Positions 1 through 13,054 of a stretch of DNA of 64,000 nucleotides are shown piece after piece; the stretch's first letter is position 1, and every line of letters starts with the position of its first letter. The stretch covers positions 806,001 to 870,000 of the forward strand of contig OZ025650.1 of the NCBI GenBank assembly GCA_964019335.1, in the 5' to 3' direction. The translations under genes and the position numbers were made by a program. This DNA is from Diplonema japonicum (taxonomy: Eukaryota > Protista > Euglenozoa: Diplonemea). The notes under the pieces are model-generated. The model was given only the letters and a program-made list of their open reading frames with translations, ran no database searches and had not been told where the DNA came from.

Positions 1-491
1 ACATCGAGGAGGTGGAGGGACACGAGGGGAGGGTGAAGGGGACAAACGTCTCTGGTGAGGCTGTCCTTGCCAAGGGCGTGAAGCTGGTGTGTTCAACAAA
101 ACAACAACAAAACACACAACCCACAGTCCGACGAGGAGATGGAGAAGGAGAAGGAGAGGCTGAACAGCCTGAGGGAGGAGAAGAAGGAGAAGCTCCAGGA
201 GGAGTTCGCACCCGTGTGGGACATGGTGAAGGACCTTGGCAGGAGCCAAAAGTATGTTTCTTTGTTCAAGGCACACCACACAATCCCACCATCAGGATGC
301 ACCTTGTGAAGCAGCTTGCGAAGGAGCTGGATGTGAACGTGAACAGGCCCGATGAGAAGAGGGCTGACCCCACTCAGAGGAACGGGAAGACCTACACGAA
401 GGAGGAATTCATGGCCTTCTACGGGAAGAAGGACGGCAACAGGATGTGGAACGCCGCCAAGGGTGGGAAGGGCAGGAGGCCCAGGAAGTGA
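1..491 (+). CDS. Cold-shock-domain (OB-fold) protein, type A copy, 5'-truncated by window edge; introns 87-126, 252-295
   Basis: Matches the copy at 5563-6189 (offset 5698); removing two GT-AG introns gives an open frame ending GRRPRK-TGA. Confidence 0.85.
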   Translation, partial: IEEVEGHEGRVKGTNVSGEAVLAKGVKLVCSTKQQQNTQPTVRRGDGEGEGEAEQPEGGEEGEAPGGVRTRVGHGEGPWQEPKVCFFVQGTPHNPTIRMHLVKQLAKELDVNVNRPDEKRADPTQRNGKTYTKEEFMAFYGKKDGNRMWNAAKGGKGRRPRK

Positions 492-687
492 GACTTAATC
501 GACCGATCGTTTGAGGGAGAAATGAATAACAAAGACGAAACCTTATTTTTATAACTACGTTACCCTTTCCCCCTTGACCCCCTGTTGTCTTTCCATTTTT
601 TCCCCTACTTCTTTCTTTCATATATATATTTTTTTTTTTTTTGCCACCCCTATCTCACGAGAGGGAATCCTTTTCTTTTCCAATGAC

Positions 688-832
688 TGGGTCATTAAGG
701 TCTGTGGCACCTGACCCGTTTGTGTGGCGGCTTTCCTACCTCACTCGAGGCGGAAGCACACCCCCATCTGTGTGGGGGTGTGTTCACATTTGGCGCACTC
801 ACCGATCCTGAGCTGCACGCCTTTGGTAACGG
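688..832 (+). ncRNA. Candidate multibranch structured RNA element in CSD spacer (copy at 6386-6530)
   Basis: Stems GGGTCA/TGACCC, GCTT(T)CC/GGAAGC, AGCACACCCCCA/TGGGGGTGTGTT, GGCG/CGCC, closing CCGTT/AACGG. Confidence 0.35.
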
Positions 833-998
833 CTCCCCCCCTTTGTCCCAGGTATTTTTTGGGGACATGGTTTTTTCTTCTTCTTTTAAGATATTTTTTG
901 GATTTTTAAAAAATAAAAAAAATGATAAAAAATTGGGGGAAAATATTAGCACACATTCTGGGATTCAATTTTAGAAAATAAAATAAAAAAGAACCCAT

Positions 999-1112
999 GA
1001 AAAGGCAGGATGAAAGCTGTCCCCCCCAGCTCTTTGGAGAGAAGGGGACAAGCACAAAGCACTTGCCTGTTTCTGCTGCATGCAATGTGGTGTCACTTGG
1101 TGGCACCGCAGG
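999..1112 (+). ncRNA. Candidate double-hairpin RNA element upstream of CSD polypyrimidine tract (copies ~5317-5430, ~6697-6810)
   Basis: AGGCAGG/CTTGCCT, GCTGTCCCC/GGGGACAAGC and an 11-bp TGTGGTGTCAC/GTGGCACCGCA stem with G.U pairs. Confidence 0.35.
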
Positions 1113-1134
1113 TGAAAAGAAGTGTATTCTCTTT

Positions 1135-1249
<115 letters not shown>

Positions 1250-1308
1250 TTTTTTTTTTCCCTCGAACTTTTCATTTCTTTTCTATTTTTGTTTCGTCTT
1301 CACCTCTG

Positions 1309-1353
<45 letters not shown>

Positions 1354-1376
1354 CGAAGAAAAAAAAAAAAAAAAGA

Positions 1377-2046
1377 ATGTCACAGACCGGTGTCGTGAAG
1401 AGCTGGAGGGGTGCCTACGGGTTTGCCGAGGTTGCTGAAGGTCCCCTCGTGTGGATCCACACGGACGAGATCGACGGCGGGAGGCTGAGAGTGGGGCTCA
1501 CCGTTAACTTTGACATCGAGGAGGTGGAGGGACACGAGGGGAGGGTGAAGGGGACAAACGTCTCTGGTGAGGCTGTCCTTGCCAAGGGCGTGAAGCTGGT
1601 GTGTTCAACAAAACAACAACAAACACACAACCCACAGTCCGACGAGGAGATGGAGAAGGAGAAGGAGAGGCTGAACAGCCTGAGGGAGGAGAAGAAGGAG
1701 AAGCTCCAGGAGGAGTTCGCACCCGTGTGGGACATGGTGAAGGACCTTGGCAGGAACAACAAGTATGGACTATTCTATTCTTTACGTCGCTCCATCATTT
1801 TACACCACCCACAGGATGCACCTTCTGAGAGAGCTTGCGAAGGAGCTGAAGATGATGGACAGCATTGACTTCAAGAACGGGAAGAGCTCCGAGAAGAGGG
1901 CTGATCCCACTCAGAGGAACGGGAAGACCTACACGAAGGAGGAATTCATGGCCTTCTACGGGAAGAAGGACGGCGACAGGATGTGGAGCGCCGCCAAGGG
2001 CTCTGGTGGCAAGAGGAGGGTGAGGAGGAACAACAAGAAAGAGTAA
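1377..2046 (+). CDS. Cold-shock-domain protein, type B; introns 1599-1637, 1763-1814
   Basis: MSQTGVVKSWRGAYGFAEV..VWIHTDEI..LRVGLTVNF carries RNP1/RNP2-like CSD motifs; spliced frame is open to TAA 2046. Confidence 0.85.
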
Positions 2047-2430
2047 GATCTGTAGACATGTGATGCAAAAAAAGAAAAAGAAAGAGAGCCAAATATGAAA
2101 AGTGTGTACTTAATACGAAGATTGTTCACCCTCTCTTTTATTTTGTTTCAATTTCTTTTTTTTTTTCCTTTTTTTTTTGAAACTTCCTTTCGTCGCTCGA
2201 ACGGGGTGCAGACGTTACGTGCCGGTTTCCAACCTAACAACCAGCAGCAATGAATTTACAAACGTTCTCCCTTTTTCACGTTTATTTTGTTGTTTTCCCT
2301 TTCCCCCCTTTTCTTTTTATTCTTCTGTTCACAGTGGGTCGTTGCTAACACTTCTCACCAAATTAGTGATTCTTTTTGAACCGTCCCCTTTTATTTTAAA
2401 TCCTCCGTTTTCATTCTGGTTTCTTTCTTT

Positions 2431-2466
<36 letters not shown>

Positions 2467-2697
2467 ACGAGAAAACCTCTTTCTCACCGCTTTTCAATGT
2501 TATCGCCAATCATCGTCAAATGCCGTTTTCCTCCACTGAGCCGCTTTTTGTCCCTTGTCATCTCCCCCGACATTGTTGAATAGGCACATTTCATAGCATT
2601 CGTTCCTGTAAAATTACGCGGCCCTCCGACCGCTTTGAGGGAAAGAAAATACAAGAACATCTCAGCATCCACAAAAAAAAAGAAAAAAAAAACAGAA

Positions 2698-2922
2698 ATG
2701 TCGCTGTCAGGTGTTGCTAAGAACTGGAAGGGGCCCTTCGGACTTGTGGAAATGGCCGACAGCACTGTTGTGCGTGTCGAGACGGAGACCATTGACGGCG
2801 GCAGGCTGAGGGTGGGGTACCCTGTCACCTTCGACCTGAAAGAGGACAGCAAAAAACCCATTGGTATCAACGTCACTGGTGAGGCCGTCCTGGCGAAGGG
2901 GACTGTGCTGGTATGTGGAGGG

Positions 2923-2954
<32 letters not shown>

Positions 2955-3444
2955 CTGAAGAGCAGCAGGCGGAGGACAAAAAAAAGATTGAGGAGCTGAA
3001 GGCCAAGGACAAGGCCCAGTTCGACCCCATCTGGGACGAGGTGAAGGAACTTGCTAACGGGAACAAGTATGGGCTTTTTTTTCCTCTTATAAACAACAAC
3101 AAAAAAGGTACCAGCTGGCGAGGGACCTTGCGAAGAAGCTCGGAATCGACATCGCACTGAACAAGGACAAGCGTATGGACAAGGGCAACTCGTTCACGAA
3201 GGGCGAGTTCCTTGCTTTCTACGGCGAGAAAGAGGGTGAGAAGAAATGGAACGCAGCCAAGAAGTCCAACGGGAAAAACGGGAAGAAAAAGGTACAAGAG
3301 GGAAGGGGTGAATAAAAAAAAAAGAAAAAAAGAAAAAAAACCTGACACCAACCACAGTCGAAGAGGGGTGGCAAGAAGGCGGCTGACGGCGAGGCACCCG
3401 CGGAAACCAAGGAAGAGAAGGCTGTCCCCAAAAAGGAAGAATGA
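2698..3444 (+). CDS. Cold-shock-domain protein, divergent type C; introns 2911-2953, 3067-3107, 3292-3357
   Basis: MSLSGVAKNWKGPFGLVEM..IDGGRLRVG; introns 1 and 2 at the same positions as in paralogs; spliced frame is open. Confidence 0.8.
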
Positions 3445-4536
3445 AATTAACTAGTAACACAACCACAACATTAAAAAAAAAAAGAAAAGATGCGACAAAA
3501 AGGGGGGGGTATTACAACATTTCTTTTTTTTTTTTAGAGGTAACCACAATAGTAATAAATGTTCCCCCCCCTCTTTTTTTTCACGGGAAGGTTAAGAAAA
3601 AAAAACTCGAAAGTAGGCCTACACAAAAGGTGTCTGCTGCCCTGATTGGAGGGTCCTATGCCCCCCACCCACCCGCCCCCATTTTTTCTTCTCTGCTACA
3701 CAGTTTTCTTGGTCAAGATAACCTTTAAAAAGGGGAGGGAAAAAGAAAGGAATGCAAGGGGGTAAAAAGAGGGGGGTATTTTGGAAAAACAAATTGAAAA
3801 AAAAAAATACTTCTTGTGGGGGAAATGGATGGGAATGGTGCTTTCTTTGACATTTAGTGTGCTCCGCTCCTTTCCACCCCCCCCCCCCCCCTCCTCCCTC
3901 TTCACCCTCCTTTCTTTTAAGTGTGACATTACAAATGAAAAAAAAAAGAATAAACGAAAAAAAAAAGATAGCAACCAAAGTAGGAGGGAACAAATGAGAG
4001 TGGACTGAAAAAAAAAAAACAGCAAAAAAGGTGGGTAAAAGGGGAAGTAAAATAATGAACAAGAGAAAAAAAAGAAGAAAAATAAAACAAGAGTACCATT
4101 ATGAAGCTTTTTGGCATTTTCTTTTTTTTTTATTTGATGGGTCGTGACAAACACTTCCCAATCACAGTGCAAGAAAAACTTCTAAGGATAAGAATTTAAA
4201 ACCCTTCTTGTTTTTTTTCTCTTTTTTTTTTCCAGCTTGGTATTTCTTTTATTTCCTTTCATTTTCTGCCTTCCCCTCGAAGATCTCTTACTACCCTTGA
4301 TAGGGACCTTCCCCCTTCTTTTCTCCAGTGGTTTTTTATCTTTCTCCCCCCCCTTTTTTTTTTGGTAAAACGATTGATTTTTAACTCACCCCTTTGTTTT
4401 CCTCTCCCTCCCGTCCTTACCCTATTCCCCATTTTACCCCACCAAGCTTCTTAGCCCTTCCCCACGTTAGTTACCAGCTCCACAATTGTTCTTCTGCTTC
4501 CTGCATTGTAGCCTTATTAGTGTCCTTTACATAACG

Positions 4537-5178
4537 ATGTCACAGACCGGTGTCGTGAAGAGCTGGAGGGGTGCCTACGGGTTTGCCGAGGTTGCTGAAG
4601 GTCCCCTCGTGTGGATCCACACGGACGAGATCGACGGCGGGAGGCTGAGAGTGGGGCTCACCGTAAACTTTGACATCGAGGAGGTGGAGGGACACGAGGG
4701 GAGGGTGAAGGGGACAAACGTCTCTGGTGAGGCTGTCCTTGCCAAGGGCGTGAAGCTGGTGTGTTCAAACCCAACAACAAAACACCACCACTACCACACA
4801 CAACCAAACACAGTCTGACGAGGAGATGGAGAAGGAGAAGGAGAGGCTGAACAGCCTGAGGGAGGAGAAGAAGGAGAAGCTCCAGGAGGAGTTCGCACCC
4901 GTGTGGGACATGGTGAAGGGCCTTGGCAGGAGCCAAAAGTATGTTTCTTTGTTCAAGGCACACCACACAATCCCACCATCAGGATGCACCTTGTGAAGCA
5001 GCTTGCGAAGGAGCTGGATGTGAACGTGAACAGGCCCGATGAGAAGAGGGCTGACCCCACTCAGAGGAACGGGAAGACCTACACGAAGGAGGAATTCATG
5101 GCCTTCTACGGGAAGAAGGACGGCAACAGGATGTGGAACGCCGCCAAGGGTGGGAAGGGCAGGAGGCCCAGGAAGTGA
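4537..5178 (+). CDS. Cold-shock-domain protein, type A'; introns 4759-4813, 4939-4982
   Basis: Exons near-identical to type A, with a different intron 1 and upstream spacer. Confidence 0.85.
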
Positions 5179-5698
5179 GACTTAATCGACCGATCGTTTG
5201 GGGGTAAATGAATAACAAAGACGAAACCTTATTTTATAACTACGTTAACATGGGATTAGAAATCTAGAGACATGAGAAATAGCAATTTTTAAGTAAAAAA
5301 AAAAAGAAGAACCCATGAAAAGGCAGGATGAAAGCTGTCCCCCCCAGCTCTTTGGAGAGAAGGGGACAAGTACAAAGCACTTGCCTGTTTCTGCTGCATG
5401 CAATGTGGTGTCACTTGGTGGCACCGCAGGTGAAAAGAAGTGTATTCTCTTTTTTCTTTCTTTCTTTCTTCTTTTTTTTTTTCCTCGAACTTTTCATTTC
5501 TTTTTGTTTCGTCTTCACCTCTGAGCAAAAAAGAAAAAAAAAAAGCGAAGAAAATAAAAAGAATGTCACAGACCGGTGTCGTGAAGAGCTGGAGGGGTGC
5601 CTACGGGTTTGCCGAGGTTGCTGAAGGCCCCCTCGTGTGGATCCACACGGACGAGATCGACGGCGGGAGGCTGAGGGTGGGGCTCACCGTTAACTTTG

Positions 5699-7781
<2,083 letters not shown>

Positions 7782-7912
7782 TGATGCAAAGAAACAAAGT
7801 AGGAACAGGAAGAAGCCACTACGAAGTTTTATCGAACCGAATATCCTATTCTTTCATTCTTTCTTTCTTTCGTGTTTAACAAGAACACGTTGCCCTGCAT
7901 ATCTCTGCAGTG

Positions 7913-7955
<43 letters not shown>

Positions 7956-8349
7956 TACGCAATGTAACAGTAAGAAAGAAAAAAAAAAAAAAAAGATAAT
8001 GTGCTGCTTGTTACCATTGTTCAATTGTTTACAGCAGTCATAACATAACAAACGTCCCCTATTTTTACTTTCCTCTCTCGGGGGGTTTTTTTTTCCCTCT
8101 CTCTTCTTCTTTCCGTGGGTTGCAGATGGATGCTATCAGGAAATTTGAAAGTTAGTGTTTTTTTTTCTTTCTTCTTTCTTTCTTCCCTCCCTTCTTTCCC
8201 CACTCTCTCATAGCACGTGGAGCAGGTTGATTACTAATTCAGTGATCAAGGAGAAAGAAAAAGAAGAAGAAAAGTGTCGTTTTCCCGTCTCACTTTTAAT
8301 CCAAACTTACACCGCTTTTTCAAAGAAAACACTCTACAACAACAAGAAA

Positions 8350-9023
8350 ATGTCCCAGAGCGGTAAGGTCACCAGCTGGAGGGGTCCCTTCGGGTTCGCT
8401 GAGATGGAGGACGGCACTTCCATCTACATCCACACCGACGAGATCGACGGCGGGAGGTTGAGGGTGGGGCTCACCGTGAATTTCGACGTCGAGGAGGGCA
8501 AGGAGGGCAAGAAGAAGGGCACCAACGTGTCTGGCGATGCGGTAGTGAAGAAGGGTGTTGAGCTGGTGTGTGGAAATAAAATAAAAAAAAAAAAAAAAAA
8601 ACGTTGTAGAGCGAAGAGGAGAAGGAGGCTGACAAGGCCAGGAGGCAGGAAATGAGGGGCCAGCGTGCCGAAACCCTCAAGGCCGAGTACCAACCTGTTT
8701 ACGACAAGGTGGTTGCACTGAAGAACTTCCAGCAGTATGGAATAAAAAAAAAAAAGAAGGAAAAAAAAAAAAAAAACATTCTTCTCCAAGGGTGGCGCTC
8801 CTTAAGAAGCTTGTGAAGGAGCTGGATGGCACCATCGAGCAGAAGCGGGCCGACCCCACCCAGAAGAAGGGTGGCAAGAAGTTCACTAAGGGTGAATTCG
8901 TCGCCTTCTACGGCGCGAAGGAGGGCTCTGCAATGTGGGAGGCTGCTGGATCGAAGAAGAAGGCCAAGGTATTTTCTATTTTATATTTAGACACCAACAC
9001 AGAAGACCATTACCAAGGAGTAA
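8350..9023 (+). CDS. Cold-shock-domain protein, divergent type D; introns 8566-8609, 8735-8790, 8969-9002
   Basis: MSQSGKVTSWRGPFGFAEM..IYIHTDEIDGGRLRVG; C-terminal QKRADPTQ..FTKGEFVAFYG motif; last intron acceptor is a best guess. Confidence 0.8.
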
Positions 9024-9362
9024 GTGTTTTGATAGTTTTTAAAAAAAAAGGGAACCGAGAAGAGTAGGAAAAGAATGGTCAAGAAGAAAACATCGATTTT
9101 TTTTTTAAACGTCTTCTCTCCCCACCCACCCCAATAAGAATTTCTAACCATCTGACAGAAACAAGAAAACGCTTGTATTTGAGACCTTCTCCCCCTTTTT
9201 TATTCTCCCCCTCCTCTCCCTTTTTTTTTTATTTAGTTACACGCAGGAAAAAAAAAATACAAATTCTTGATGGGGAAAAAAATACTGTGCCAATTCTTAG
9301 TGTTTCTTATTAGACGGGATTTTTACATGGAAAAAAAAATTACAAAATAAAAATATTGGCAC

Positions 9363-9537
9363 TTTCCCTCCCCCGACTTTTCTGCTCAATATGTACTCCT
9401 TGTTTTGCTGAACAGTCACAAAGCAAGTATTCCCTAATTGACAACCACAAGCTTGATTATTGAGACACCTGAGGAAAAGAATTGCGGTTGACAAACTAAG
9501 CGGAACAGGGAGCACGAGGAGCAGGAAATAGAAAGGG

Positions 9538-9540
<3 letters not shown>
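9363..9540 (+). ncRNA. Candidate long imperfect hairpin RNA
   Basis: 10/10-bp helix 9378-9387/9519-9528 and 16/17-bp helix 9393-9409/9499-9515 with G.U pairs. Confidence 0.4.
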
Positions 9541-9570
<30 letters not shown>

Positions 9571-9615
9571 AAGAATAACTCCCCACCCACGCTCCAATTC
9601 TTTATTTTATTATTA

Positions 9616-9695
9616 CTGTAAAGGAAAAATTACCGGAAGGAAAAAAAAAAAAAAAATCCGGACTCCCGGTGCTTCCGGTGATTTTCCTTTTACAG
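9616..9695. mobile_element. 80-bp MITE-like element with CTGTAAA... terminal inverted repeats
   Basis: 24-bp inverted termini (21/24 match), TA on the left flank; same terminal CTGTAAA as the pogo-like element at 60652. Confidence 0.6.
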
Positions 9696-9968
9696 TTTTT
9701 TTTATTACCTTTACCTTGTTCCTCTACTTTTCTGTTCTCTTTTTTTTTTCTCTTTCTTTTTTAATACCCCTCTTCTGTACAGCTGGGTATCTTAACAAGT
9801 AAGAACTTTATACTGCACAAGAGTCGTGTTTAGAAAGACAAGAAGAAAAAAATTGTAGAACGAGAAAGGCGGGAAGAAAAGAAAAAAGAAAAAAAAGAGG
9901 CCCCACACCCACACCTCCCTGCATCTTCCCACACTTTCCCCACCCGTTCTTCCTTTATTTCCACGCGA

Positions 9969-10012
<44 letters not shown>

Positions 10013-10054
10013 AGGGAACGGGAGAGGAGAGCGAGAGAAGAGGACAAAAAAAAA

Positions 10055-10091
10055 ATGGATATAAATGCAGCAGCATTGGCAACATTATTGT

Positions 10092-10124
<33 letters not shown>

Positions 10125-11871
10125 AGCAACAACATCATCACAGTCAGCAGCAGTCGTTCCAAGATCACGCTAGGCAGCTTTTGCAGCAGGGGCCAGTCAT
10201 GCATATGCAGCGCCAACCAGATGGCGAGATTCAAAGCCTGCAGAAGAAACTAGAAGCGACCACTGTCATGCTGCGTGCGGAGCTAGAACATGAAGCTAAG
10301 AACATCGCGTACATCAAGACTGCGAAGGACCAGCAGGTGAGGCAAGATCAATACAAGCGACAGCTGGACGAGCAGGAGTCGTCAATATTGAAAACGCAAC
10401 AGGAGCTTCAAAAACAAGAAAAAAAACTTCAAACCTACGAAGAGACACTACAAGGCGAGGCAGCACGACAAGCAGCCATCGAGGAGGACCTCAAGCGCAT
10501 CCAAGAACACAAAACCTCCTTCATCAACAAAGCCGACACCATAACCGCTCTGAAGCCCTACCAGCTGCAGCACACTTACAACCGAAGCAAGCTAACGGTG
10601 ACCGACGCAGAAGCAAGACTGATCTTCCCAAAGGTGAAGCTTCCTGCGGATTTCAAGTCGTTAACACGTTGCTGGAGTGACAAGGATTCCCCAAATGTAA
10701 GAATCCTACCAGGGTGCGCTGTGACAGTAGGCGAGCCGATTAAGGAGAGCGACGAGGAGGAAAAGGAACAAGAGGAGGAAAAGGAACAAGAGGAGGAGGA
10801 GGAACAAGAGACGAAGGTGGAGGTCAAGGTTGTTGTGATGGATGTTCCACAGCAAGATGAAAACTCACACCCGTTTTACTCAGCGCACCTCTGGGTGGCG
10901 GAGAGCAAGAACGGTGAGAAGAACCTCTACTCCGGGACGTGCAGGGCTGCGGACGGAGACCCTTCCGACTATTCCACGCTGTGCAAGGTCGCTGAACGAG
11001 CGTTGCGCACACAGGCGGGGCTCGAAAAAGAAAATCTAAATTTCGGGAAGTTCCTCACCACCACATCCAGCACAGGCACGGTGCACTACCTAGTGCTAGA
11101 ACTGGACGAGAACATCTCCCTCCACTCTGTCTTGTCCGCTGAAAGTGATGCGAAACCAAAGATTCTCCCCATAAAATACTCCCTTGGAAGCCTTTTCAAC
11201 CCGAACCCCATGCTCTCCCCTTGCATCCCGCTTGCTGCCTTCTGCCTTGACGAGGTGTACAAGTACCGGTACGGGCGTGAGCTATTCGAGATTTTGAAAA
11301 CCCTGCCCGAAGAACCAGCAGGAGCAAAACGCAAGCGGGAGGGTGAAGAAGACGATGGAAATCCGAAGAAAAAAGGACCTGCTGCCACCGCCTCTTCTCG
11401 TCCTCACAACGCCTTCAGCACGACCACCACAACTACTCAAGCGAAAGAGACCGTGAACCTCAAAGGGCTCGCGCCCTTCCTGTATGCCGACAAGCCACGC
11501 TTGCACAATGGAAGGCTTATCAGAACGAACGTGGTCTCCGCGTGTGATTTGGTATTTGGAAAAAAAAAAAAAAAAGAAACCATCACACACAGACTGACCT
11601 GCTGCTCACCACCGACATCGATATGACGTACGGGGAGCTTGAAGCCTTGTTGAGTATGGAAGAAGGGGGTGGGTGTTGGGTAAAAAGAAATTTATTAAAG
11701 GTCGTGTCAATGGTCTCAACGAGGCTACGAAACCCTTCGCAGCGTATAGGCCTTTGTTCGTAGAAGAGGAATGTAAAGTATGTTCCAAGGATGGGGGGAT
11801 CTAACATCTTTATCACACAGACCGAAACTGTAGAGACAGATCCGCTCCCCCAGTACACTATTCTCGCATGA
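10055..11871 (+). CDS. CCAR1/DBC1-like protein (polyQ, coiled coil, DBC1-like domain, degenerate EF-hand); introns 11552-11592, 11654-11700, 11778-11820
   Basis: LIFPKVKLPADF, SGTCRAADGDPSDYSTLCKVAERALRTQAGL, AAFCLDEVYKYRYGRELFEIL and APFLYAD resemble CCAR1/DBC1 blocks; splicing extends the frame to TGA 11871. Confidence 0.55.
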
Positions 11872-12100
11872 AGAGAGGGAGGGATAAAGACAACAGGGGG
11901 GGAAATGTGTTTTTTTTTTTTTACAGTGTTTTTCTCCCTGTGATTGTCTTTTTTTCTTTTGGTGGGTTTGTTGCTAACACTTCTCCCCATCATAGTGATT
12001 TTTTTTTTTATTAGTTCGATATTTTTTTTTCTTAACCTTCCTCAACTCCCCCATCCCCTTTTCTCGTTATTTCTCAGCTAGTTTGCATAACTCTTTTTTT

Positions 12101-12255
12101 AGGGTGGTCCTGAAGTGGGATTGAACATTGCTAGATTATCAAGCCAAACCTCTGATGAGAATCGAAGAAAAAATCTTCTTCCAGGCAAGCGCAAAGGAAG
12201 TCAACCCTGGTGTCCTTGAGCAGGCCGGGGGTTTCCCATAGATACGACCCTTTTT
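12101..12255 (+). ncRNA. Candidate ~150-nt multibranch RNA with paired ends and a T-run
   Basis: AGGGTGGT/ACGACCCT, GTGGGA/TCCCAT, CCCTGGT/GCCGGGG, GAAGA/TCTTC; followed by TTTTT. Confidence 0.3.
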
Positions 12256-12313
12256 GAACATTGTAAAATAAGGATTAAAAGGACACGGGGGGAAAAAAAG
12301 AAAAAGAAAAAAA

Positions 12314-12901
12314 ATGGGCGAAGGGGAATGGCAGGACGAGGCAAAAGATCTGTTCAGTGAGGGCTTGCACCACTACAGGCAAGGTCAGATGAAGAAGGCT
12401 CTGGCCACGTTTCAACAGTACAGAAAGCTGTGTATAGCGAATAGGGACAAAAATGGGGAGGGGAGGGCCTATAGAAATATGGGAGCGGTGCTACAGGAGT
12501 TGAAGCAGTACAAGAAGGCGATTGAGGCCTATGAAAAGGGATTGAACATTGCAAGAGAAACGGGGAATAGAAAGTCTGAAGGGAAGGTGATGTCGAACAT
12601 AGGGGTGGCTCACGACTCCTTGGGCCACCACGACATTGCAATCAAATTCCACGAGAAAGCCCAAGAAATAGCCCAAGAGGTTTCAAACCGTAAAGGTCTC
12701 GGGATCTCATCTGAGAACCTTGCAGTAGCCTGTGGGGCCATCGGGCATTTCAAAAAGTCCTTAAAACTACACCAGCAAGCCATCGCCCTCGCACAGGAAG
12801 TGGGGGACATCGAAGGTGAGGAAACTGCCCAAGCAAACATGGAAATCACGCATGACGCCTTCATGAAGTACCGCCGTGCTTTGGAGGAAAGGACATTGTG
12901 A
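12314..12901 (+). CDS. Tetratricopeptide-repeat protein (195 aa)
   Basis: Repeated GRAYRNMG..KAIEAYEKGLNIARETG TPR units. Confidence 0.85.
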   Translation: MGEGEWQDEAKDLFSEGLHHYRQGQMKKALATFQQYRKLCIANRDKNGEGRAYRNMGAVLQELKQYKKAIEAYEKGLNIARETGNRKSEGKVMSNIGVAHDSLGHHDIAIKFHEKAQEIAQEVSNRKGLGISSENLAVACGAIGHFKKSLKLHQQAIALAQEVGDIEGEETAQANMEITHDAFMKYRRALEERTL

Positions 12902-13054
12902 CTTTTCTTTTCCTCTTTCTTCTTCTTTTTTTTTCCTCTTTTTTCTTCCGAAAAAAGAAGAGAAAAAGAAAAATCTCGTAATTTTTGAAAAGTTTTTTTT
13001 TTTTTCTTTCAAATCCTTCCTCTCACTACCTTCAGGGAGCGAGGAGGAGGAAAG

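Noticed and set aside
3610-3662. Small three-way junction resembling a hammerhead
   Set aside because: Core reads CTGCTG, not CTGANGA; the stems are short enough to be chance
11375-11418. Possible GA-AG non-canonical intron in the CCAR1-like gene
   Set aside because: Removing it causes a premature stop; read-through keeps the frame
12150-12180. CTGATGA as a hammerhead core or C/D box C
   Set aside because: No properly placed stem II-GAAA-stem III and no downstream CTGA box D
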